Positions 37,132-45,648 of a stretch of 64,000 nt of DNA are shown piece by piece. The DNA comes from Candidatus Caldarchaeum sp. (GTDB taxonomy: Archaea; Thermoproteota; Nitrososphaeria_A; Caldarchaeales; Caldarchaeaceae). The notes below the pieces were generated by a model. It saw only the letters and a program-made list of their open reading frames with translations, had not been told where the DNA came from and ran no database searches. Within the stretch, counting starts at the first letter, position 1; each line of letters starts with the position of its first letter. Made by a program: the position numbers and the translations under genes. The stretch lies in contig JAVYLK010000001.1 of the NCBI GenBank assembly GCA_038740895.1, positions 105,490 through 169,489 on the forward strand. The letters are read 5' to 3'.

Positions 37132-39980
37132 TGCAAGACGGAGAATCTTTATCGGTGCTAAGCCTACTGGTTAAACCGCTTCAGGAAGCCATTCTAGAGA
37201 GGTTCAGCGAGCTTACCGAGCCTCAGGTCCAGAGCATTCCAAGGATACTCGAGGGTGAGAACCTTCTGCTGATGGCTCCCACGGGTACCGGTAAAACTGA
37301 GGCGGCGATCATACCCCTGCTGAACAGGCTTATGAGCCAGCCGGGAGGAGAAGGCGTTAGGATACTTTACATCACGCCGTTGAGAGCCTTGAACCGAGAC
37401 CTTCTAGAAAGGATAGAATGGTGGGCTGCGAGGTTGGACATGACTGTAGGAGTGAGGCACGGCGACACGCTTCAGCGAGAGAGAAGAATCCAGACGCTAA
37501 TGCCTCCAACCATTCTTATCACGACGCCCGAAACCCTCCAGATACTCCTCACCGCCCGCACTTTCCGACGACATCTAAAACACGTAGAGGCAGTCGTTGT
37601 GGACGAGGTTCACGAGCTTGCCGGAGACAAAAGGGGTGCGCAGCTATCGGTTGCGTTGGAGAGGCTTGTCGAGATTACCGGAAGAGACTTTCAGAGAATC
37701 GGTCTCTCGGCCACTGTAGGCAGCCCTGAGAAGGTTGCTTCTTTCCTCGTCGGTGTCGGAAGACGATGCAGCGTCGTGAGGGTTCCAGTTGTCAGGCACC
37801 TAAAAATCACCGTCGAGTATCCTGACCCGTCTCCAGAGGATTTCCGGCTGGCTGAGATGTTGTCCATCTACCCGGACGTGGCGGCTAGAATGAGCCTCAT
37901 CAAATCACTAGTCGACAGCCACGAGTCGACTCTTGTGTTCACCAACACACGCCCCTTGGCCGAGGTTCTGACAAACAGGTTTAGGGCCTGGGACGAAACA
38001 GCCCCTATAGGTATTCATCACGGAAGCCTGTCGAAATCGACTCGAGTCGGTGCTGAGCAGGCTCTCAAGACTGGAGGTCTTTCAGGTGTTGTTTGCACGT
38101 CCTCGCTCGAGATGGGCATAGATGTTGGCAGGATTGAACTCTGCATACAGTACAATTCACCCCGTGAAGTCTCCCGGCTCGTCCAGAGGGTTGGACGCAG
38201 CGGCCACACAATAAAGCGGACGGCGAAAGGCGTGATAATTGTTGCTGATTCGGATGATGCTTTGGAGAGTCTGGTGATCGCTAGGAGAGCGCAAGGGGAC
38301 GAGTTGGAGCCGACCGAGATCTTCGAAAACTCCTACGACGTGCTGGCCCACCAGATAGCGGGGATTGTGATAGAACGAGGTGAAATAAAGGTTGAAAACC
38401 TCGTCAACATCCTAAGGCGTTCCTACTGCTACAGAAACATAAACACAGAGCAGGTCGTCAAGAATGCGCAGCATCTGGAGAAACTCGGAGCTGTCCTGAT
38501 AACTACCGACAACGTCATTACCCTAGGAGTCAAGCGGACAGTCCTGTACGACTACTACTTCAGCAACCTATCCATGATACCGGAGGAAAAACAGTACCTT
38601 GTGGTTAACGAGTCGACAGGCGAAGCCGTGGGAATACTGGACGAAGAATTCGTGGCAGAGCACGGAGATCCTGGGACTAGGTTCATACTCATGGGCAAAG
38701 CTTGGGAGATAATTCAAACCTCCAACGCGAGGATCTATGTCGCACCTCTGGAAAGCCTCGAGGGAGCTGTTCCTTCATGGGTTGGCGACGAGATACCGGT
38801 CCCGTACCAGGTTGCTGAAGAGGTTGGAAGAATCAGGCGGGTTTATGCGGAGGCATTACAGGCGGATAGAGCCGACATGGTTTTGTCCGAGCTTTCCCAA
38901 GCCTACAGAACAAACACGTCGTTGCTGAAAAAATCCCTTAGAGAGGTTGAGCAGCACCTCCGCCTTGGAATTCCAGTCCCTTCGGACAAGACTTTCGTAT
39001 TAGAGGAGACCCCAGAGTACGTGGTTTTCCACATAACGGGCGGGCTGAAGGCTAACAGGACGCTTTCAAGAGTTCTGGCTCATCGTCTTGCCTCGAGGAC
39101 GGGGGCAGTAGTTGCGGTTCAGCAGGACGCCTACAGGATTGTCTTCAAGTCAAAAGAGATAGATGCAGACATGGTTGAGGATGAGTTGAAGAACCTGCTT
39201 GGCGCCGACTGGAGGGACACCGTCGCCAGGGCAGTCGAGTCGTCGAGCCTTTTCAGGAGAAGGCTCGTGCACGCTGCTCGTAAAATGGGAGTGCTCAGCA
39301 AGGAGGCCAGCATACTCGACGTCAGCGCTGTCAAGCTCGCTGAGATGCTTAAGGATACTGTTGTCTACGAGGAGGCGCTCAACCACAGCCTTGTCGCAGA
39401 CTTCGACTCGTCAACAGCCCTGACCCTGGTCAATAGAATCGTCCAGGGGAATACGGGCCTGATTAAAGTACGGGTTAAATCTCCGTCACCTCTGGCTGCG
39501 CTAACCTTAAACAGGTACAGCAGCGACGTAGACGTAGTGGCTTCCGACAGGCTTGAGAAGCTTGTGCTGAACGCTGTAAGGGGAAGGCTGAACAACGAAC
39601 CTGTCACCCTGGTGTGTGTTTCTTGCTGGAATTGGTACAGGCGGTGCTTCGTCAAAGAGCTTGAACCACGGCCCGTCTGCGGGTCTTGCCAGTCTACAAG
39701 CCTCGGAGTTTTGACCGTCGAGCCGGAGGAGGTGATGAACCTTCTAGCCAGGCGTGGAAAACCTTCCAACAGGAAGGAACGTGGCTACCGGTCTCAAGCC
39801 GTTAAGACTGCGATGTTGGTGGAAAGGTATGGGAAGGCAGCTGTCTTCACGCTCGCCAGCAAGTACCTCTCAGCCCAAGACGCCTCCGAAGTACTTGCGC
39901 AGGAGTCAGGCTTGGGGTCCAAGCTTGTCGAACTCATCGTCGAGAGGGAGCGTAAAAAGATTCAAGAAATGTTCAGGTAG
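37128..39980 (+). CDS. lhr: Lhr-type large ATP-dependent DEAD/DEAH-box helicase
   Basis: 950 aa. Q-motif/Walker A (QVQSIP...MAPTGTGKTEAA), DEVH box, a HRxGR-like motif (QRVGRSGH), and a C-terminal Lhr-specific region with a CxxC...CxxC cluster (CVSCWNW...CGSCQ). Confidence 0.8.
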   Translation: MMQDGESLSVLSLLVKPLQEAILERFSELTEPQVQSIPRILEGENLLLMAPTGTGKTEAAIIPLLNRLMSQPGGEGVRILYITPLRALNRDLLERIEWWAARLDMTVGVRHGDTLQRERRIQTLMPPTILITTPETLQILLTARTFRRHLKHVEAVVVDEVHELAGDKRGAQLSVALERLVEITGRDFQRIGLSATVGSPEKVASFLVGVGRRCSVVRVPVVRHLKITVEYPDPSPEDFRLAEMLSIYPDVAARMSLIKSLVDSHESTLVFTNTRPLAEVLTNRFRAWDETAPIGIHHGSLSKSTRVGAEQALKTGGLSGVVCTSSLEMGIDVGRIELCIQYNSPREVSRLVQRVGRSGHTIKRTAKGVIIVADSDDALESLVIARRAQGDELEPTEIFENSYDVLAHQIAGIVIERGEIKVENLVNILRRSYCYRNINTEQVVKNAQHLEKLGAVLITTDNVITLGVKRTVLYDYYFSNLSMIPEEKQYLVVNESTGEAVGILDEEFVAEHGDPGTRFILMGKAWEIIQTSNARIYVAPLESLEGAVPSWVGDEIPVPYQVAEEVGRIRRVYAEALQADRADMVLSELSQAYRTNTSLLKKSLREVEQHLRLGIPVPSDKTFVLEETPEYVVFHITGGLKANRTLSRVLAHRLASRTGAVVAVQQDAYRIVFKSKEIDADMVEDELKNLLGADWRDTVARAVESSSLFRRRLVHAARKMGVLSKEASILDVSAVKLAEMLKDTVVYEEALNHSLVADFDSSTALTLVNRIVQGNTGLIKVRVKSPSPLAALTLNRYSSDVDVVASDRLEKLVLNAVRGRLNNEPVTLVCVSCWNWYRRCFVKELEPRPVCGSCQSTSLGVLTVEPEEVMNLLARRGKPSNRKERGYRSQAVKTAMLVERYGKAAVFTLASKYLSAQDASEVLAQESGLGSKLVELIVERERKKIQEMFR

Positions 39981-40572
39981 GGTTCTCTTCTCCTTGTCCT
40001 TGTGAGAGGCTCGAGACAGCCTTTATCAACTCCTTCTGGTCGACCTCAGCCAACGCTCTCCATCCTACTGCGAGCATGCCGTCGCCGATGTCATGCAGGT
40101 ATCCACGTCTAACAAACCTCTCAAGTGCGGCCTCGACACGCCACTTCGGAAGCTTTGACTCAAGTAAATCGATCAATTCTTTCTTCGGGGCCCTCCCACC
40201 GCGAGAAAACAGAACAGCTAGAGAAGTCGACAACACAGCCAGGTCGTCTATCCTCCAGCCTGCAGCAACTATGTCCGATAGGCTGAGCGGGTCAGCCAAA
40301 GTGATGAAGTACCGGGCCCGGTCGTAGTCCTCCTCCGACGGCTCTTTGTCGGAAGGTGTTTCGAACAGCGTCTTCACTCTCAAGCCGAGCGGCTCGAGCC
40401 TGTGGTTAAGGCTCTCCAGCACCTTCAGGTAGTTCTTGCCGATTCTTCTGCGCAGCTCGTACCCCCTAACTCCGGGAAGCCTGTGGCTCGTGAACAGAAG
40501 CATCGCCATGGCCGTCGAAATCTTCTTCCTGGCAGCCGTCTGCTCGGGAGAGCCCTCAGTCAAGCACACCAC
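39973..40572 (-). CDS. ScpB-like (kite) protein with tandem winged-helix domains
   Basis: 199 aa. Two wHTH-like repeats: AMAMLLFTSHRLPGVRGYELRRRIG... and LSTSLAVLFSRGGRAPKKELIDLL...RVEAALERFVRRGYLHDIGDG. These align to the ScpB pattern (AYRQPITRAEIEEIRGV...ALIKEVGR). Overlaps the upstream kleisin-like gene by 17 nt. Confidence 0.5.
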   Translation of the reverse strand: MVCLTEGSPEQTAARKKISTAMAMLLFTSHRLPGVRGYELRRRIGKNYLKVLESLNHRLEPLGLRVKTLFETPSDKEPSEEDYDRARYFITLADPLSLSDIVAAGWRIDDLAVLSTSLAVLFSRGGRAPKKELIDLLESKLPKWRVEAALERFVRRGYLHDIGDGMLAVGWRALAEVDQKELIKAVSSLSQGQGEENPT

Positions 40573-41374
40573 CCTTCTTCAGCACGACAACCAACGAGGC
40601 CACGTTCCTTCTCTCAACCTTATTCTCCAAAGGCCTTAAAGTTATCTGACCAGTCAACGGGTTCCTCGACGCCTCCGCAAGCCCTTCGCTAAGCAGGAAG
40701 GCTGTCAAGTAAGCCCTTTCAAAGACCTTTTCAACCCCCTCCTCCAAGACGAAAGCCTTGTAGTCTAGAACGCCTTCCTCGTTCCTCCGCTCGAGCATTT
40801 CCCGGTGGAGACGCATCATTTCGCTCTCCAGCAAGCTTCTCTCGCTAAAAACCCATCCAACACCAGTATCGCCTAACCCGGAGCCCGTGTCCGAGCTCGC
40901 AGGTTTCCAAGAAGCTCTGGACGGAAGGCTCATAAAGTACTCGAGGCCCGAAACCGCCATCCCAAGCGTGAGTTGCTCTGCAGTAACTATGGGCCTCCAG
41001 CTAATCGCCAAAGCCTGAGCCAGGGACTTTTTGTCAGCTTCAAGAACTTTGAGGGCGACTGTTTGGGCGTCGACGAACAGGGATGAGGCTCTGTCCTTGA
41101 GCCATTTGTGCTGGAGGGCTATGACCGTCGCTATTCTGTAGATCGTCTCCGCGTCGAGGACCAGCAGCTCCGTGTTTTCGAATTTTTCAGCGATGGCCCG
41201 GAGCCTCGTCAGCATGTTCTTGACGTCCACCGAGTAAGGATCTGTTCCCGTCTGAACCACCGAGTCGCACAGCGAAATAAGCTTCTCCAACTCCTCCCTA
41301 GCTAGTCTCAAGCTTTTCACTGGGCACCGCCTCCGCAACAGACACCGTAGACCTGCCCCTAACGTTCTGGACAA
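40556..41374 (-). CDS. Kleisin (ScpA)-like protein
   Basis: 272 aa. C-terminal FERAYLTAFLLSEGLAEASRNPLTGQITLRPL resembles the ScpA C-terminal winged helix. The N-terminal helical region has ScpA-like hydrophobic periodicity. The ORF-track start overlaps the SMC-like gene by 77 nt, so the true start is probably a later GTG/ATG. Confidence 0.45.
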   Translation of the reverse strand: MSRTLGAGLRCLLRRRCPVKSLRLAREELEKLISLCDSVVQTGTDPYSVDVKNMLTRLRAIAEKFENTELLVLDAETIYRIATVIALQHKWLKDRASSLFVDAQTVALKVLEADKKSLAQALAISWRPIVTAEQLTLGMAVSGLEYFMSLPSRASWKPASSDTGSGLGDTGVGWVFSERSLLESEMMRLHREMLERRNEEGVLDYKAFVLEEGVEKVFERAYLTAFLLSEGLAEASRNPLTGQITLRPLENKVERRNVASLVVVLKKGGVLD

Positions 41375-43043
41375 GTATTACGTTCATATCACCGCTGTAA
41401 GGAAGCCTGCCGGGAGTTATGATGATGTACTGGGCCTCGCCGTCCCTGCCAGCCGTTGCTGTGAGTATGTTGATTATTCTCTCCCTGTTAAGAGGGTCTA
41501 GATGAACGTCGAACTCGTCGACGGCCCTGAAGGGCGACTTGATATGTTTCTGAAGAGCCAGCAGAAAAGCCATCGTCGCAACGATCCTCTCGCCTCCGCT
41601 CTGCGTGTGAGCATTTAGAAGCGTTGGCTCAACCCCCCTGAACCCCACGTATATCTCAACAGAAGCCTTATCTATGTCGTTCAGGTACCTCAGCTCGATC
41701 TTACCCGTCCCGCCCACCAGCGATAGGATCCTCTGATACTCGGGCTCTACCGATTGTATCAGGTTTCGGAGGAAGCTGCGCCACTTCTCTTTCCTGAACT
41801 CGGTCTCCTCCAACGCCTTCCTAGCGTTCTCGCTCAATTGCCTAGCCTTCAGCTCAGCCTCTCGAAACTTCGCCTCCGCCAGCATGAACATTTCCTCAGC
41901 ATGAGGCACAGGCTTGCCCAAGGAAGCCAGCTGAAGCTCCAGCGCTTTAAGATCATCCAAAACCTCGACAGGCTTCCGCACGGTCTCTATCTTCTGCCCT
42001 TTTGAGGAAGCCTCAGCAAACCTTCTCGCCAACTCTTTCTCAGCGGCCGCTAGCTCGTACTTGATGTCCTTCAACTCCGTCTCACGTATCTCCTTGAATG
42101 CTTCAGCCCTTCCCAGCTTCTCAGCGGCCTTGATGACTGCGTCAACGTTCTCCTCGAGGCTCGAACCTGTGTTCTCGGTCCTTACTATGTTCAGCAACCG
42201 TTGACGGGCTGTCTCAGTCTCCTGAGCCGCGTCAGAAACATCTCTACCAAGCTTCTCAACCTCCCTGCCGACCGCCATCAGTCTTTCAACAAGCCTGTCC
42301 CTCGACTTCTCCGCCTCTCTTACCAAGGACCAGAGATGCTCGGCCTCTAGCAAAGCTTTACGCTCTTCTAACTCACGGATCAACGTAAGCTTCTTGTACT
42401 CTTCCTTCCAAAAATCAACAGCAGCCCCAGCATCCTCGAGCGTCTTCCTCAACACAGCCTCCTCTGCAAGAAGAGCCGTGAGCTTCTGTTCAGCCTCCTT
42501 TATCCTCTCCCTCAAGCCTGAAGCCCCGACAGCCTCCTCTATCATGGCCAGCTTCTCGACGCTGTCCCTGCTGACGAACTGCTCGATCATGTTTTGATGC
42601 ATTATTATCAGGATGTTGTCAGGGTTTATTCCGACTCTGGCTAGAAGGTTCTCTACTTCAGCCTTTGTCCTGAACTTGTTGTTTACGTAGTGCCAGTACT
42701 CTCCGCTTTTCTTCAAAAACCTAGCTATCGACACAGAGTCGGACTGGATGGAAGGCAACGGCCTCCGACCGTCGACAGGCTTGTTGTCTAGGACCACGAC
42801 TACACGTGCTGCGTCCATTCCTCTCCTTATCAAGTCGCTCAGCCGTTGTCCCCGCTCCGTGTAGGACTGGCCAAGGGCTACGGATATGGCTAGAAGAATG
42901 GATGATTTTCCGGCTCCGTTAGGGCCTACTATGACGTTGAGGCCGTTGGTCAGCTGGATGCGGCTATACTCATGGGACATGAAGTTCTCTAGGATAACCT
43001 CCTTGATGTAGGGCCTTGGCAGGTTGTCCTGGTTGGTAGTCAA
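41298..43043 (-). CDS. Miniature SMC/Rad50-family ABC ATPase (581 aa, short coiled coil, no hinge or zinc hook detected)
   Basis: N-terminal head IKEVILENFMSHEYSRIQLTNGLNVIVGPNGAGKSSILLAISVALG (Walker A). About 270 aa of heptad-rich coiled coil. C-terminal head with signature/D-loop QSGGERIVATMAFLLALQ...FRAVDEFDVHLD and H-loop-like QYIIITPG. No CxxC hook. Confidence 0.7.
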   Translation of the reverse strand: MTTNQDNLPRPYIKEVILENFMSHEYSRIQLTNGLNVIVGPNGAGKSSILLAISVALGQSYTERGQRLSDLIRRGMDAARVVVVLDNKPVDGRRPLPSIQSDSVSIARFLKKSGEYWHYVNNKFRTKAEVENLLARVGINPDNILIIMHQNMIEQFVSRDSVEKLAMIEEAVGASGLRERIKEAEQKLTALLAEEAVLRKTLEDAGAAVDFWKEEYKKLTLIRELEERKALLEAEHLWSLVREAEKSRDRLVERLMAVGREVEKLGRDVSDAAQETETARQRLLNIVRTENTGSSLEENVDAVIKAAEKLGRAEAFKEIRETELKDIKYELAAAEKELARRFAEASSKGQKIETVRKPVEVLDDLKALELQLASLGKPVPHAEEMFMLAEAKFREAELKARQLSENARKALEETEFRKEKWRSFLRNLIQSVEPEYQRILSLVGGTGKIELRYLNDIDKASVEIYVGFRGVEPTLLNAHTQSGGERIVATMAFLLALQKHIKSPFRAVDEFDVHLDPLNRERIINILTATAGRDGEAQYIIITPGRLPYSGDMNVILVQNVRGRSTVSVAEAVPSEKLETS

Positions 43044-43183
43044 TCCTTCAGGCCGGCCTACGACGGAGGATAATATAAATTACCATCAACTCTCAAATCA
43101 TACGTATGTATGTCATGGACAATTATGCCTGCCGCCGAACCCGCTAACATATATAGACACGTTCCAGGCTTCCCCGTTCGAGC

Positions 43184-44314
43184 ATGTCGCAGGAGCTGGA
43201 GAGAATCGCAGCGATCAGAGCCCGTGAAGCGGTGAACTACGACAGGTCCGGCCAGAGGCTTAAAGCAGTCAAGCTGTACAGGGAGGCGATCGAGTTGTTG
43301 TGGAAGCTTTACCGGCTAGCTCCCGACTCGTCGGTCAAAAGGATCTACGCCGACAAAATTAAAGAGTATCAGGCTAGGATAGAGGAACTGTCCAACGAAT
43401 CCCCTCCACCGTTCAAGGAGGTTCAGTTCAACCAAGCCGAGCTGTCCAACTCCAAACCCAGCCTCACCCTGACCGAGAAGCCAAAGGTCCGGTGGGACGA
43501 CATAGTCAACATAGAGGAGGCGAAGAGAGCTATCAAGGAGAGCATAATATTCCCGACCAGAAGACCAGACCTTTTCCCGCTTGGCTGGCCGAGGGGGATT
43601 CTGCTTTTCGGCCCGCCAGGCTGCGGCAAGACTCTCCTAGCAGCTGCGGTTGCGTCTGAGCTAGATGCAGGGTTTCACTCTCTGGACGCCGCCAGCATTA
43701 TGTCCAAGTGGCTGGGGGAGTCGGAGCGGAACATCTCCAAGTTGTTCAACACCTGCAGGCATGAAGCTAAATCAGGCAAGCCTGTCATTATCTTCATCGA
43801 CGAGGTTGACTCTTTAACCACGGAGAGGTTCATGGAAGTGGGTGGTGAGGCGAGGGTCAGGAACCAGCTGCTGAAGGAAATGGACAGCATCCTAGACAAG
43901 GGTAGGAAAGACTTTCTGTACGTAATCGCAGCGACCAACAAGCCTTGGCTGCTGGATGAGCCCTTCATCAGAAGGTTCCAGAAAAGGATCTACGTCTCGC
44001 TGCCCGACATCGACGCAAGGCTGCATCTGTTTAGAATGTACACTAACGGCCTTAACCTAGACAGCGGCGTTGAACTCGCTCAGCTGGCAAAAATAACTGA
44101 CGGCTACTCGGCGGCAGACATTCACGACATATGCGTAGAGGCGCAGCTACGTGTCGTCAGCGAATACTTCTCCTCTTCTGACGGCGATGAGGGAGAGCCC
44201 AGACCTATTACGATGGATGACTTCATGGAGATCATCAAGAAGAGAAAGCACTCGATCGTTCTGGAGAATTTGAAGAAGCTGCTGGACTGGAACTCAAAGT
44301 ACGGAACTAGCTAG
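43184..44314 (+). CDS. cdvC: CdvC / Vps4-like AAA+ ATPase with N-terminal MIT domain
   Basis: 376 aa. MIT-like three-helix N-terminus (AIRAREAVNYDRSGQRLKAVKLYREAIELLWKL). AAA core ILLFGPPGCGKTLLA, Walker B IIFIDEVD, SRH, and a Vps4 C-terminal helix. Confidence 0.85.
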   Translation: MSQELERIAAIRAREAVNYDRSGQRLKAVKLYREAIELLWKLYRLAPDSSVKRIYADKIKEYQARIEELSNESPPPFKEVQFNQAELSNSKPSLTLTEKPKVRWDDIVNIEEAKRAIKESIIFPTRRPDLFPLGWPRGILLFGPPGCGKTLLAAAVASELDAGFHSLDAASIMSKWLGESERNISKLFNTCRHEAKSGKPVIIFIDEVDSLTTERFMEVGGEARVRNQLLKEMDSILDKGRKDFLYVIAATNKPWLLDEPFIRRFQKRIYVSLPDIDARLHLFRMYTNGLNLDSGVELAQLAKITDGYSAADIHDICVEAQLRVVSEYFSSSDGDEGEPRPITMDDFMEIIKKRKHSIVLENLKKLLDWNSKYGTS

Positions 44315-45083
44315 CTTCTGCGACCTCCAGCTGTATCAAACCCTTATCGTGCAGGTTTTTCAAAACTTCTGAAGCTGTCTGAGGGTCTATCTTCAGCTCA
44401 GCTGCGAGAACGTGAAGGTCGAGCTCCTCATCCTCCCTACCCACGACGTAGCTGTAAACAGTCTTCTCCAAGTCTGTAAGCCTAGGGGCCTCGGGGAACG
44501 ATTGACGCACCTTCTCAGCAGCTATCCTCCTAGCTTCGTCGAGGATGAACGAAACTTCCTGAGAGACGTTCGTGTTGCTGTCAGACACGGGCTCTACGTA
44601 GACGCCCGAGCTGGTCATGAAGTCCTCGATCAACACCATTAGGTTCCTCAAGTGTTCAGACGCCTCGGGTGAGACGTCAGCTATCTCGGCCAGAGTGTTC
44701 TGAAGCATGGCCGACAGAGGCCTGATGAGGGACAGGGCCTCGCCCAGTTCAAGGATGCTTTCAAGCCTAATCTTGACCTGCAGCAGTACGAGCTGGCTGT
44801 GAAGAACTATTCCAGCCAGTTTTTTAACCTCAGCAATCTCCGAGGCGTAGATCTTGGCCTTCTCATCATCCTTTGACTGGATAGCGTCAACGCATTTCTC
44901 GAAGTATTCACGGCTCCTTGCCAGCATCTCTCTATACTTGTTGTTGAGCCTCTCGATGTGCCCGTTAAGAGAGGATATTGACTTTTCAATTCTTGCAGCC
45001 ATCTCCTCATGAAGGTCCATCTGGGGAGGTTCCTCCGCCTGTTGTTCGGGCCAGTCGTTCCTACGCTTCAGAAACCCAATCAA
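44307..45083 (-). CDS. cdvB: CdvB / ESCRT-III (Snf7-family) protein with C-terminal winged-helix domain
   Basis: 258 aa. N-terminal ~170 aa helical hairpin-rich, Snf7-like. C-terminal LTDLEKTVYSYVVGREDEELDLHVLAAELKIDPQTASEVLKNLHDKGLIQLE forms a winged helix as in crenarchaeal CdvB. Divergent from cdvC. Confidence 0.7.
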   Translation of the reverse strand: MIGFLKRRNDWPEQQAEEPPQMDLHEEMAARIEKSISSLNGHIERLNNKYREMLARSREYFEKCVDAIQSKDDEKAKIYASEIAEVKKLAGIVLHSQLVLLQVKIRLESILELGEALSLIRPLSAMLQNTLAEIADVSPEASEHLRNLMVLIEDFMTSSGVYVEPVSDSNTNVSQEVSFILDEARRIAAEKVRQSFPEAPRLTDLEKTVYSYVVGREDEELDLHVLAAELKIDPQTASEVLKNLHDKGLIQLEVAEAS

Positions 45084-45170
45084 TCCAACTGTCCGCAGAG
45101 GTCGAGATTAATATGCTTCATCTATCCTATGACGGCGGATATTCCCTTGCTATTACTTGGATTATACTTC

Positions 45171-45584
45171 TCAGGAGCATCTGGACAAGAAGATGTCTTC
45201 CCTCTCGTATTCGGCCATCCACGTTCTTGTTGAGCTGGGCTTGAGCCTCAGGCCGACAAGCATGTAGCCCTCCGGAGTATCGGCTATGGAAGAGGCAAGC
45301 GCCTGCTCGATAGAGTCTGCGACTCGTTCCTTCACAACACGCTTCTCGCCGCTTTCCCTCTCGGCACGATAGCACACTAAGCACAGCGTTTTTCCGCGGA
45401 GCACAGTAGAAGTAAACCTTCTTACTGAGGAGCCGCACTTGTCGCAGACAATCATATGGAGGCCGCATTTTCGGCAGACAGCTCCGTAGCCAGCGACGTA
45501 GTGGAATGTTTCGCCCGGCTTTGACTCTGCTCCGCACGACTTGCATACGGTTTTTTCACCGGTTTTCTGGATGTGGCCGAGCAT
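45171..45584 (-). CDS. Double zinc-ribbon protein, hypothetical
   Basis: 137 aa with four CxxC pairs (CKSCG, CRKCG, CDKCG, CLVC). Co-oriented and immediately upstream of cdvB. Preferred over an overlapping Arg-rich 139-aa ORF in another frame. Confidence 0.35.
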   Translation of the reverse strand: MLGHIQKTGEKTVCKSCGAESKPGETFHYVAGYGAVCRKCGLHMIVCDKCGSSVRRFTSTVLRGKTLCLVCYRAERESGEKRVVKERVADSIEQALASSIADTPEGYMLVGLRLKPSSTRTWMAEYEREDIFLSRCS

Positions 45585-45595
45585 CTCTGGTTATG

Positions 45596-45628
45596 TGGAT
45601 TTTTTATGCATATAAGTTTACCAGAGAT
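45596..45628. promoter_or_regulatory. Divergent promoter region (TTTTTATGCATATAAGTTT) between the zinc-ribbon/cdvB unit and the sufB/D gene
   Basis: The TATA-like element lies 20-35 nt upstream of ATG 45649. Confidence 0.35.
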
Positions 45629-45648
45629 ACAGCTATTAACGGCTGTGA

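Noticed and set aside
36453-37136. 227-aa minus-strand ORF overlapping the membrane/Zn-ribbon gene
   Set aside because: Ala/Thr/Ser/Pro-rich, no motifs. The plus-strand frame has TM helices and a CxxC...CxxC ribbon and is translationally coupled to lhr.
45127-45546. 139-aa Arg-rich ORF overlapping the double zinc-ribbon ORF in another frame
   Set aside because: Highly basic low-complexity translation. The alternative frame encodes four regularly spaced CxxC pairs, which is much less likely by chance.
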